Source: a virus
Lineage: Duplodnaviria > Caudoviricetes
Direction: 5' to 3' (one strand)
IMG/VR virus record: IMGVR_UViG_3300013767_000020
Span: 1 to 31,098 of that record
Length of the DNA stretch: 31,098 nucleotides
In this document: in pieces, positions 18,150 to 26,355 of the stretch
How the letters are laid out: every line of letters begins with the position of its first letter
Numbering within the stretch: the stretch's first letter is position 1
Notes under the pieces: generated by a model
Told to the model about the DNA's origin: nothing
What the model saw: only the letters and a program-made list of their open reading frames with translations
The model's database searches: none
Translations under genes and position numbers: made by a program

Positions 18150-18989
18150 TCACTCCACGATGGTCTTAACTGCGAATTGGGAGGTCAGCGACGGGCCGGC
18201 GGTGATGTTCTCCACGCCGACTGTGATCTGGTAATCCGCCTCGGTCGCAATGGTCGAATACTCGACCGCGTACTGCAGGTCACGTCGATAGACGCGATCC
18301 TTCTGCGTCCCGTCGTCCGGCCGACTGCTTCGGTACCGGAGCGTCGCGTTCTGGTCGGGCAACGTCAGATGGACGGTGTTCGACAAAGCCGCGTCCAGCT
18401 TCGACGCGAGCGAGTCACGCAGCGCCGGGTCGTTCGCCCAGACAGCAATCAGGAATGTCCGCTCCTGCCGACGCGTCTCGCGCTGCGACGTCCCTCGACC
18501 GCCTACCCGCGGCGAGATGTATTTCGCGTTCGGGACGGTTACTACGGCGCCGGCGGCGGTCGCCGTCTGGTCTACCGCAACCAGTGCGGCCAGCGCCGAG
18601 GCGATGCTAGCCAGTGTGTCGGCCGGCTGGACAGCGTAGACGTAGCCTTTGCCGTCAACCACCAGCGCCGCGTTCTGCGGGGTGGATATCGTGCCGCCCA
18701 CGGTCACCGCCTGGCCTGCGAGGGTCAGCGTCACGGTGTTGGCCGGCGCCGTCGCCTGCGTCCAGTCGGACATGGCTGAATCTACGATCCGTTCCATGTT
18801 CGGCATAGGGAACACCGAGACGTGCACTTTGCCGACCGCAAGGTCAGCGTCCAGCGTCTGGGGCTGCGGCCAGCCGGGATAGACCATCACCGGCTTGTTC
18901 ACGATCGACGGCTGAGATGTCCCGCTCGGGTATGCAACCCCGGCCGCCAAGGTCACCAAGGCTGCGGAAACGTCGGAAATGTCGGCCAT
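18150..18989 (-). CDS. Tail terminator-like protein with internal beta-rich insertion
   Basis: Position before sheath; VYPGWP N-terminal and VYRRDLQYAVEY C-terminal segments. Confidence 0.65.
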   Translation of the reverse strand: MADISDVSAALVTLAAGVAYPSGTSQPSIVNKPVMVYPGWPQPQTLDADLAVGKVHVSVFPMPNMERIVDSAMSDWTQATAPANTVTLTLAGQAVTVGGTISTPQNAALVVDGKGYVYAVQPADTLASIASALAALVAVDQTATAAGAVVTVPNAKYISPRVGGRGTSQRETRRQERTFLIAVWANDPALRDSLASKLDAALSNTVHLTLPDQNATLRYRSSRPDDGTQKDRVYRRDLQYAVEYSTIATEADYQITVGVENITAGPSLTSQFAVKTIVE

Positions 18990-19342
18990 TACGTCTCCAG
19001 TTTCTCAACCCGGAGCGCGTATCCGAGGCTATTCCAGTACGGCGCCGAGACTTGGTACCGCACACCCAGGTCGTCGGTGATCACGTCCTGCGAGTTGATC
19101 AGACCGTTCTGAGCCGACGCCCCGGGGATGAACACTCGCCACATACCGTTGCCGATCGAGTCGCCAGGCAGGGATGCTCTTGGGCTGGTCCCCGTTCGAT
19201 CGAACTGGATCGACGCGGGCAGGCCGGTCGCGACGGTCGTCTCGTTCGAAGGCTGAAGGCCGCCATATCCAACTGCCCCGACGCCGCTCTGCGGCACAGG
19301 CCGCGTGATCGTGATCGTGCGCGGGTAGATGAAGGAACTCAT
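18989..19342 (-). CDS. Head closure / head-tail joining protein
   Basis: MSSFIYPRTITITRP...DVITDDLGVRYQV pattern; ATG overlaps upstream stop. Confidence 0.7.
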   Translation of the reverse strand: MSSFIYPRTITITRPVPQSGVGAVGYGGLQPSNETTVATGLPASIQFDRTGTSPRASLPGDSIGNGMWRVFIPGASAQNGLINSQDVITDDLGVRYQVSAPYWNSLGYALRVEKLET

Positions 19343-20268
19343 ACGAACGCCCTCACCCGCCACGGTTGCAGCATCGCCTTCACGTCATCGCTGATGATCG
19401 TCGCGGCGAACTGCTCGATTGCAGTGTCCCCAGCCTTGTACGTTTTCCAGTTGCCGAGTTGCGAATTCGCGGCCGCCGACGTGATTAGTTGCGCGCACGC
19501 CATCTTGACCGGCGCCGGCAGGTTCGCGTACTGGAACCCGGCCACATACCGGACCTTGACCTCGCTGTAGTAGGCCAACATGATCCCGGCCGGCACCCAT
19601 AGCTGACCAGTGCTCGCATCGATGCCTGCGGCGGAGTTCGCCGGCCAGATTTCCCATGCAGGAGGCCCGCCGAACTTCTGCAGGCTGGCCAGCAGGTTGA
19701 AGTCGTCGACGTTGTAGGCGCCCGCGTCGCCGCGTCGGCCGTAGCCGTAACGGCCAGTCCCGCCGATGATCCGCGCGACCGGCGTGTGAGCCAGCATGAC
19801 CTCGCTACGGGCCTTGGGCAGATACCGTTTCTCGGTGATCTGCAACCCTGTCTCGATCGTGCATCCTGCGGCGTGGGCGTTCTGGACGCCTTGCGAGCCA
19901 ATCGCCTGAGTTGTCCCAAGCGTGAGCACGTTGCCGTTGATGCTGGTGATTTGCACCGCCTCCATCAGCGATGGGGTCGCACGGTCCAGCACAACACAAT
20001 CGCCAACCTGCAGCATCTGCACCGGCCCAGTCACCGGAACGCTAATGCCGTTGCCCGGACCGAATCCGCCCACGCTGTTGAACGTCAGCTCCGGGCTCAG
20101 GCCGGCCATGTAGGCGGGCTGACCGGATGCGTCAGGCGTATAGATCAGGCCCTCCGGCCGGCGCAAGTACACGTCAATCAACGTGCTCGCCTGCCCGACT
20201 TGAGCGGTCGTGGCATTGGGCGCGCCGAACGTCGCGTAGTCGGTCGACTGGAGGTAGGTGGATGGCAT
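19339..20268 (-). CDS. Head-tail adaptor/connector (extended)
   Basis: ASTLIDVYL N-terminus; VKVRYVAGF...LPAPVKMACAQL...VKAMLQPWR C-terminus typical of gp6/gp15-like adaptors. Confidence 0.75.
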   Translation of the reverse strand: MPSTYLQSTDYATFGAPNATTAQVGQASTLIDVYLRRPEGLIYTPDASGQPAYMAGLSPELTFNSVGGFGPGNGISVPVTGPVQMLQVGDCVVLDRATPSLMEAVQITSINGNVLTLGTTQAIGSQGVQNAHAAGCTIETGLQITEKRYLPKARSEVMLAHTPVARIIGGTGRYGYGRRGDAGAYNVDDFNLLASLQKFGGPPAWEIWPANSAAGIDASTGQLWVPAGIMLAYYSEVKVRYVAGFQYANLPAPVKMACAQLITSAAANSQLGNWKTYKAGDTAIEQFAATIISDDVKAMLQPWRVRAFV

Positions 20269-20269
20269 G

Positions 20270-20554
20270 TTAGAAGCCGATCAGGGCGTAGGTTGTGCCT
20301 GTTGCGCTGCCGATGCCGCTCAAGGCATTTGCAAGGCCGAATGGTAGAGTGATCGACGCGCCGGGAGCCAGCGTGAAGTCGCTCGCCGTCGCCGCGGCGT
20401 TGAACGACAGCGATAGCTTGTTCGACGCATGGGTGTTCTGGATCGTCACCCACGCGCTGTATGTGCCCGCTGCCACGATGACCGCGCTCGCGGTGCCGAC
20501 AGTGCCGTTCGAACTGATGCCGGCTGCTGGAATGGAACCGATACCGACGCTCAT
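20270..20554 (-). CDS. Small beta-rich virion protein, hypothetical
   Basis: Coupled ORF; WVTIQNT...FTLAPGASITL pattern. Confidence 0.65.
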   Translation of the reverse strand: MSVGIGSIPAAGISSNGTVGTASAVIVAAGTYSAWVTIQNTHASNKLSLSFNAAATASDFTLAPGASITLPFGLANALSGIGSATGTTYALIGF

Positions 20555-20775
20555 GCTGCCACCTCAAGAATGATGGGAGAGCGCTGTGCGAGACCTCGGT
20601 CGAGCAGGTATTGCGCCAGATGATCGGGGAGGTCGTCGGAGGCGCCCTCACGGAATTCGATAGCGAACATCTTCGGCTTGCCGTCGTCCGCCATCCAGTC
20701 GCTCACCGGGTAGTGAATGCCTGGCTGGACAAAGGTGATTTTCTTGCCGCGTTCGCCGGGGTGATAGACCTTCAT
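20551..20775 (-). CDS. Hypothetical protein after major capsid (74 aa)
   Basis: GAGGG RBS, start MKVYHPG, stop overlaps next start. Confidence 0.7.
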   Translation of the reverse strand: MKVYHPGERGKKITFVQPGIHYPVSDWMADDGKPKMFAIEFREGASDDLPDHLAQYLLDRGLAQRSPIILEVAA

Positions 20776-20792
20776 AGAGCCCTCAGAAAGAC

Positions 20793-20817
20793 AAAGGGCC
20801 GCCCGAAGACGGCCCTT
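20793..20817 (-). terminator. Hairpin/terminator after major capsid gene
   Basis: AAGGGCCG/CGGCCCTT stem with TTCG loop, TTTGTCTTT tail on the minus strand. Confidence 0.7.
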
Positions 20818-20833
20818 ATTCGCCAAAGACTAC

Positions 20834-21829
20834 TTACGGACGCTGCACCTGAACAGTTGCATGTGCATATGCCGCGCCCTTGAACACGCAGCTATCGAAC
20901 TTGACCCCGACGAACTGGCCCGAAAGGTTGCCCGTCAGCCCGAGCTGGAACAGGCGCGGGTTCGGGTTATCTTCCTTGCCGCTGATGTACGGCATCTCGA
21001 TCTCCGATTCCATCAGGATCGAGGCGTAGTAGCCCTTGATGCCGGTCGGCGTGGCCGAGAAGCCGTACTGCGCGGTAGCGGCCGGGGTCGTCGGCATGAA
21101 CGGATCGCCGATCAGCGGCAGCTTGCCGACTTGCGTCGAGATGGCCGCGACGGTCACGCCGGCGACAACTTCCATCTCATCGAGCGTGATGCGCGAAGCC
21201 TTGGCTTCCTGGTCGATCAGGTCGGCCAGCAACGGGTTCAGATAGATCGCGGTCGGACGCACGACGTAGGTCGAGTTTGCCACCATCGTTGCCACGGCCG
21301 TCTTCAGGCCGTCGATGATCGAGGCGCCGTTCGCCACCGTGAACTGCTGGGTGACCTGCGACAGTCCGCCCATCCACTCCAGCGTGGTCGGGGCCGACAT
21401 GCTGGTGTCGGTACCCATCCAGAACATCGAGGCGCGCTTCAGCTCGACCGCGCTGATGATGTCGTCAACGTCCTTGGCCACTACCGACGCGAACAGGCCT
21501 TGCTGCTCGGTCACGTCCTTGTCGAACAGCGACAGGTTGGACTGCGCGGTCACGGCCTTGATGAAGGCGGGGCGCTCCACGCGGGTCGGGCCCGTGGTGG
21601 TCGCCGACAGGTTGCGCGGGTCAACTGCAGCAGCCGACGCCAGGGCGGTCTGCTCGAAATAGCGGTGCGGGTGGCCGGTCGCGCGCGACGGCTTGATGCG
21701 CTGCAGCGCGACGGACGAGCGACGCAGAACGTCGAAGATCTCGCGCTCGAACTCCGGTACTTCGATGGCGCCGGTGCCGATGTAGTCTGCCGCGGCGTCC
21801 ATGCTCATCATCTTTGCTTGGATGGTCAT
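20834..21829 (-). CDS. Major capsid protein (HK97 fold inferred)
   Basis: 331 aa, follows protease/scaffold, GGAGA RBS, followed by a terminator; FWMGTD...EWMGGL and PTAIYLNP segments. Confidence 0.82.
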   Translation of the reverse strand: MTIQAKMMSMDAAADYIGTGAIEVPEFEREIFDVLRRSSVALQRIKPSRATGHPHRYFEQTALASAAAVDPRNLSATTTGPTRVERPAFIKAVTAQSNLSLFDKDVTEQQGLFASVVAKDVDDIISAVELKRASMFWMGTDTSMSAPTTLEWMGGLSQVTQQFTVANGASIIDGLKTAVATMVANSTYVVRPTAIYLNPLLADLIDQEAKASRITLDEMEVVAGVTVAAISTQVGKLPLIGDPFMPTTPAATAQYGFSATPTGIKGYYASILMESEIEMPYISGKEDNPNPRLFQLGLTGNLSGQFVGVKFDSCVFKGAAYAHATVQVQRP

Positions 21830-21847
21830 TGATTTCTCCAGATCCTG

Positions 21848-21877
21848 AAAAGCAAAAAGCCACCCGGAGGCGGCTTT
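21848..21877 (-). terminator. Intrinsic terminator upstream of capsid gene
   Basis: AAAGCCGCC/GGTGGCTTT stem plus TTGCTTTT on the minus strand. Confidence 0.7.
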
Positions 21878-21898
21878 GCGAATGGGGTGTGAGACTGC

Positions 21899-23308
21899 TT
21901 AGGCGCGACCGACGACCATCAGGCCTTCGTGGCGCATCTTGAGCTTGGCTTCGATGCGTTTCTGGCCGGTCAACCCTGCGGCATCGAGCACCTTGTCGGC
22001 CTGCTCCATCGACAGCTTCTTACCGTCGGAGAGAGCGTCCTCGCCGACACCGCCCTTGGCGAGCAGCGACTTGATCTCCGGCGACAGCGTCTTGCGGGTC
22101 GGCGCCTCAGCACTGGTGAACGCCTTGGCCTGCAGATCCTTGATCAGGGTCTGCGAAGATTCGAGCGCGTCCTGTACCGGCTTCACCGCCGCGGCGGTGG
22201 CGTCGGCAATCATCTTCGCGAGAGCGCCCTTGTCAGCGCTGGCTTCCACACGCGCGTCCGGCAGATAGTCGTGGTCGCGGTAGACGTTCGGAACCTTGCC
22301 CGACACAGCCTCAGCAGCCAGATGCGCTGCGACGCGGCGAATCACGCCAGCATGGCCGGCCTTGGCATCTGTGCCGACCCCGGCCTTTTCCATGGCATCA
22401 GCGGCGGCGTTGAGCGCGTCAACGTGGGGCTTCACCTGATCGATGATCGGGCCGCCCAGCGAGGCGCCCTTCGCTTCCAGATCGGTCACCTTGTCGGTCA
22501 GTGCGGTGACGGATGCCGCGATCGGCTTCAGCATGTCGCCCAGCAGGGCCTGCATTTCTTCCTTGGTCATTTCCAGTTCCTGTTCGGCCTGAGCGGCCAA
22601 TGATGTTGTGGTGTAGGCCGCGAGATGCTTGTACAGCACGGCCGCTCCGGTGAATACACAATGGTCGATTACCCAAGGGTCGGCATCTGTGTCAGAGATG
22701 GCTGCCAGGCATTCATACGAGAACCCCAACAGATTCTTCTCCGCTTTAATGCGCGCGCATTCTTCGGGAAAGTCGTTCGAATACAGGAAGCCCGCGATAT
22801 AAACCGCGTTTCCCTCAACTCTTGCTTCAGTGATTACCCCGATTTTGGATTTCTTGTCGTGGCCGTCAAAGTCTTTCGTATAGTCGATCGCCATCCCCAG
22901 CAGAGTGGGGATGGCCCTTTCTGCTACCGCCTTGGGGATGAGCGTCCGCTTGCCCGTGCTACCGTTCGGCGGGGCGTCGGATGGCTCATCAATGCGGGTC
23001 AGAATGCCGGAGAATGGCATCCGGTTTGGGTGATCCTCGACGTCTGGCATCTGGAGCGACATGGCGTCGAGGCTGAACGCCAGCGCATGCAACTCCCATC
23101 CTGATACGTCCATTCCGGACTCCTTCGCCTTACGGATGATCTTGTGCCGCGCCTCTTCGCGCTCTGCGTCAGACAGTCCTTGGGTGCGGGGCAGTTGCGA
23201 CCACGCCATGCGAATGTGTCTCTCGTCATGGATCGGAAGTGCCCGCTTACCGGGAACGGCGAAATCGCTGTCTGGTAGCGCGTCGCGTTGCTCTTTAGAG
23301 AGGGACAT
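21899..23308 (-). CDS. Prohead protease/scaffold with N-terminal DUF6582-like domain
   Basis: Start MSLSKEQRDALPDSDFAVPGKRALPIHD; central H...IGVIT...GFSYE protease-like motif; Ala-rich helical C-terminus. Confidence 0.75.
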   Translation of the reverse strand: MSLSKEQRDALPDSDFAVPGKRALPIHDERHIRMAWSQLPRTQGLSDAEREEARHKIIRKAKESGMDVSGWELHALAFSLDAMSLQMPDVEDHPNRMPFSGILTRIDEPSDAPPNGSTGKRTLIPKAVAERAIPTLLGMAIDYTKDFDGHDKKSKIGVITEARVEGNAVYIAGFLYSNDFPEECARIKAEKNLLGFSYECLAAISDTDADPWVIDHCVFTGAAVLYKHLAAYTTTSLAAQAEQELEMTKEEMQALLGDMLKPIAASVTALTDKVTDLEAKGASLGGPIIDQVKPHVDALNAAADAMEKAGVGTDAKAGHAGVIRRVAAHLAAEAVSGKVPNVYRDHDYLPDARVEASADKGALAKMIADATAAAVKPVQDALESSQTLIKDLQAKAFTSAEAPTRKTLSPEIKSLLAKGGVGEDALSDGKKLSMEQADKVLDAAGLTGQKRIEAKLKMRHEGLMVVGRA

Positions 23309-23885
23309 GGGCTGGCCTATATCCGTTCTGCTTGACCTTTGTGATGATCGAATCGTTGACAGAGAACTCGCGCGCGAGCGCGGCACCCTTTTCCCCATTT
23401 GCCAGGCGAGACTTGATCTCGGCGATCTGAGCGTCATTGAGCAAGCGGCGGCCTGGTCTGCCGCGCCGATTGGCAATCACCATGTTTCGACGGTGCTCCG
23501 CAGTGAAGGGCGCCTTCTTTACGCCTTTCTTGGCTGCGCTGATCTTGGCGCGGGTCGCATCCGACACCACAAGTCCCGTTCCGGCGGCCGTGACAGACTT
23601 CGCAATGTTGTACCCTCGCGCAGGGTTGGTGCATCGCGTGCTGTCGAGCCAAAATTGCTCACGCTCAAGCATCTCAGCACGATCCTCGATGTGCTCCAGG
23701 GCCATAAAAATGAACCCGTCTTGGCCGCCGTAAGCATCCCATGCTCCCTGCAAATGCCGAGAGTGATGCACTCCCTTTTCAAGCAGGAAACGATGGCGCA
23801 CCCATCTGCGCCTCATGTCGATCGACGAGCCAATATAGATCTTGCCGTTCACGATGTTCCGTATCAGGTATATTCCGCTCGCCAT
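23295..23885 (-). CDS. GIY-YIG endonuclease with NUMOD3-like and HTH segments
   Basis: SGIYLIRNIVNGKIYIGSS...RRW..H, EREQFW, GYN; SDATRAKISAAKKG. Confidence 0.92.
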   Translation of the reverse strand: MASGIYLIRNIVNGKIYIGSSIDMRRRWVRHRFLLEKGVHHSRHLQGAWDAYGGQDGFIFMALEHIEDRAEMLEREQFWLDSTRCTNPARGYNIAKSVTAAGTGLVVSDATRAKISAAKKGVKKAPFTAEHRRNMVIANRRGRPGRRLLNDAQIAEIKSRLANGEKGAALAREFSVNDSIITKVKQNGYRPAHVPL

Positions 23886-23894
23886 CGATGATCC

Positions 23895-24167
23895 TTACAG
23901 AACAGCCTTGATCTTGGCGATCACAGCCCTGACGTCATCCGAAACGCCTTCCTCGATCGACGCCATGCGGGTACGCAGGTCCACGAAGCATGTCTCGATC
24001 GCGGACAGCGCGCCGTGTGCGGCATGGTCGCCAGCCCCGGCGGCCGATTTCACGGCAGCCTGGATCTCGGCAAACAGGCCTTGTGCTTCGGGCGATGCGT
24101 CTGCGGGTTGACCTGCTTGGCTGTCAGCGGTGTCGGCCGCAGTCGTGTCGTTCTTTGGTCGTGCCAT
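23895..24167 (-). CDS. Hypothetical protein
   Basis: AAGGA RBS, tight packing in the operon. Confidence 0.7.
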   Translation of the reverse strand: MARPKNDTTAADTADSQAGQPADASPEAQGLFAEIQAAVKSAAGAGDHAAHGALSAIETCFVDLRTRMASIEEGVSDDVRAVIAKIKAVL

Positions 24168-24176
24168 GTTCGGTCC

Positions 24177-24395
24177 TTACAGGTTCGCCAGGAGGCTGGC
24201 CAGCGCGGCGGCGGCGTTGACGTCAAGCACGCCGCCGGCGGCATTGATTCGCGCGACGATGATCTTCAGTTCGGCGATCTTCACCTCGAGTTCTTCGAGG
24301 CGAGCCAACTGGGCATGATTGGAGGCTGTCGGCGCGGTGTTGATCGCCTTCTCTGCGGCAAGGCGCGCCGTTTTCACATCGGAATGCTGTGCCAT
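24177..24395 (-). CDS. Hypothetical helical protein
   Basis: GAGGG RBS, tight packing. Confidence 0.7.
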   Translation of the reverse strand: MAQHSDVKTARLAAEKAINTAPTASNHAQLARLEELEVKIAELKIIVARINAAGGVLDVNAAAALASLLANL

Positions 24396-24402
24396 GGCGC
24401 CC

Positions 24403-24615
24403 TCAGCTCAGATTGGCGATCAGGGTATTGATCGTCGTGATATTCGGGTCGCCGCCCGGCAAGCGGTTGACGATCGTGTTCAGCGTCTGGATCAGCTCGC
24501 TGGCCTTCGTCTGCGCGACCGACAACATGCCGACCATGTCCTCGCCGTACGTCGCGCCGTTGTTGTCGGCGTTGGTGGTGAACGAGAGGCCCGACAGCGT
24601 GGTATTGGTGCCCAA
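24403..24615 (-). CDS. Hypothetical protein (TTG start)
   Basis: TAAGGAG RBS, fills the gap between neighbours. Confidence 0.65.
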   Translation of the reverse strand: MGTNTTLSGLSFTTNADNNGATYGEDMVGMLSVAQTKASELIQTLNTIVNRLPGGDPNITTINTLIANLS

Positions 24616-24624
24616 GGCGGCTCC

Positions 24625-24936
24625 TTATGCGAAGAGGAACCAGTCAACCGTGCCGGCGGCCAGGGTGCTGGCGGCAAGGCGCGGCGACAGGTTGATCGTG
24701 AAGCCGGTGGCGGTCTTGCTCGAGATCCACCAGGTGGCGTCTTGCCCCGGGTTCACCAGCACGCCGAAGTTGGCGGGCAGGTTCTTCAGGCCAGACACGG
24801 CCACGGTCACGGACGTACCAGCACCACCGCCGGCGGCGTTCGCTACGCCGAGGCCAGCGCCAACAAGTGCGCGACCCTTCTGGCCGAAACCGTACCCGCC
24901 ATCGGGCACCTCCAACGTATGCAGATCGAACGGCAT
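24625..24936 (-). CDS. Small Gly/Ala-rich beta protein, possible head decoration
   Basis: TAGGAG RBS, start MPFDLH; SSKTATGFTI...GTVDWF resembles fibre/decoration beta-sandwich termini. Confidence 0.65.
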   Translation of the reverse strand: MPFDLHTLEVPDGGYGFGQKGRALVGAGLGVANAAGGGAGTSVTVAVSGLKNLPANFGVLVNPGQDATWWISSKTATGFTINLSPRLAASTLAAGTVDWFLFA

Positions 24937-24965
24937 GTATGCTCCTATAGGGCGAACGCCCAATG

Positions 24966-24990
24966 AAAAAGGCCGCCCCGAAGGACGGCC
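24966..24990 (-). terminator. Intrinsic terminator after portal
   Basis: GGCCGTCC-TTCG-GGGCGGCC plus T5 on the minus strand. Confidence 0.75.
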
Positions 24991-25013
24991 GCTGTGTCAG
25001 GCGTTCAGCCTGT

Positions 25014-26348
25014 CTACTCTTTGCTGATCAGATCAGGATTGACCTGCTTGGCGCCCTGAGCACCCTTGATCGCGATCTCGACATCGGCATACGGCAAATC
25101 GGCCCACTCGCTCTTGAGCGGCGGTCGTCCGCGTTGCGCCCGGTACTCATTGACCGTGGTGGCGTTGTTCTTGTACTCAACCTCGAACACCTTGGCGAGA
25201 TTGAGCTCGTCCTCGCGGTCCAGACCAAGGAATCGGAATTCGAGTTGACTGAACCCGAGCCTGCCCTCGATTGCCTCGCGCGTGAAGTACGCCGCGAAGT
25301 TGCGCGCCGTCGGGATGATGATGCCGTCCCAGTCGCGGTCATCTGCGACCTCGCTGGTGTTCCGGTTCACATCCGCCTCGACGCCCAGGTTCTGGGGGCT
25401 GAGTTCGAACGCCGTGGCGATCTCGCGCAAGAGAAACTCTTGGTACTTCAGGTACAGCGCATCGTCCGACGCGCCGCGGAGCTTGTGCACCTTCAGTTCG
25501 TCGCCGCCAACTACGGGTGTCTGGCCCTGGCCTTCGATCTCGTTGCGCCACCACTCGCGGAACGTGTCGAGCGTCGCCCGGTCCATCCCGACCATCTGCA
25601 ACAGGTTCTCCGGCTGGCTGTTCCCGGTCAGGTTCCCGGCGTAGTCAGCAACGCCGAGCTGCCGGTTGATCGAATTGAACGCCACCTCAAGGCAGCCAAT
25701 ACCGAACGGGCTATCCGTGCTCGGGTCTTTGCGGACGTAGATCAGTTGCTCGTTCAGCAACTGGATGCCCTGAACGCCGCCAATGTTGCCGTACCCAAGC
25801 GCCTGCAGGTACCGTGCCTCGTTACGCTCACCGGACCAGCCGGCGTACACCTGGATGCTCAGCGCATCCACCGGCCACATCCAGAGCGGTCGGATAGCAT
25901 CGCCGCCGACTTCCTGCTCAATCGCGCCAGCACCGCCGACCAGGTAGTCCTCGACAGCCTGCTCGATCAGTGTGCGAAATGAGTCGTCGTTGTTCGGCCG
26001 CTCAAAGCATTGCGTCGCAATCTGACCCTGGCGGCGGATCTCGCCGTTTTCCTTCACATCCGCCTTGGCGCCGATCTCCCAGTCAAGGCCTGCAATCGCA
26101 CCCTTGATCCGGTTGATAGCTCGCCGTGCGTACACCGTGCGAGAAAATTGCCTGAGATTGGACGGCGTCGGCTTGATGATCGGCCGGTCTTTCATGTAGC
26201 GCGTGCTGCCGATGCTCATCAGCTTGGCGTATGCCGTCGTCGCGCGCTGCGGGGACTTGCGGAGCCTGCCAGCCCAGAGGGCCTGCGCGAGACGGTCGCC
26301 AGACCAGTCAGCTAGGCGCTGGAGGAACGGTTTCTTTCGTACCACCAT
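25014..26348 (-). CDS. Portal protein
   Basis: Follows TerL; RPNNDDSFRTLIE, LWMWPVD, PFGIGCLE, REIATAFELSPQNLG, TVNEYRAQRG motifs of HK97-type portals; start MVVRKK after AGGA. Confidence 0.92.
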   Translation of the reverse strand: MVVRKKPFLQRLADWSGDRLAQALWAGRLRKSPQRATTAYAKLMSIGSTRYMKDRPIIKPTPSNLRQFSRTVYARRAINRIKGAIAGLDWEIGAKADVKENGEIRRQGQIATQCFERPNNDDSFRTLIEQAVEDYLVGGAGAIEQEVGGDAIRPLWMWPVDALSIQVYAGWSGERNEARYLQALGYGNIGGVQGIQLLNEQLIYVRKDPSTDSPFGIGCLEVAFNSINRQLGVADYAGNLTGNSQPENLLQMVGMDRATLDTFREWWRNEIEGQGQTPVVGGDELKVHKLRGASDDALYLKYQEFLLREIATAFELSPQNLGVEADVNRNTSEVADDRDWDGIIIPTARNFAAYFTREAIEGRLGFSQLEFRFLGLDREDELNLAKVFEVEYKNNATTVNEYRAQRGRPPLKSEWADLPYADVEIAIKGAQGAKQVNPDLISKE

Positions 26349-26355
26349 GGTTTTC

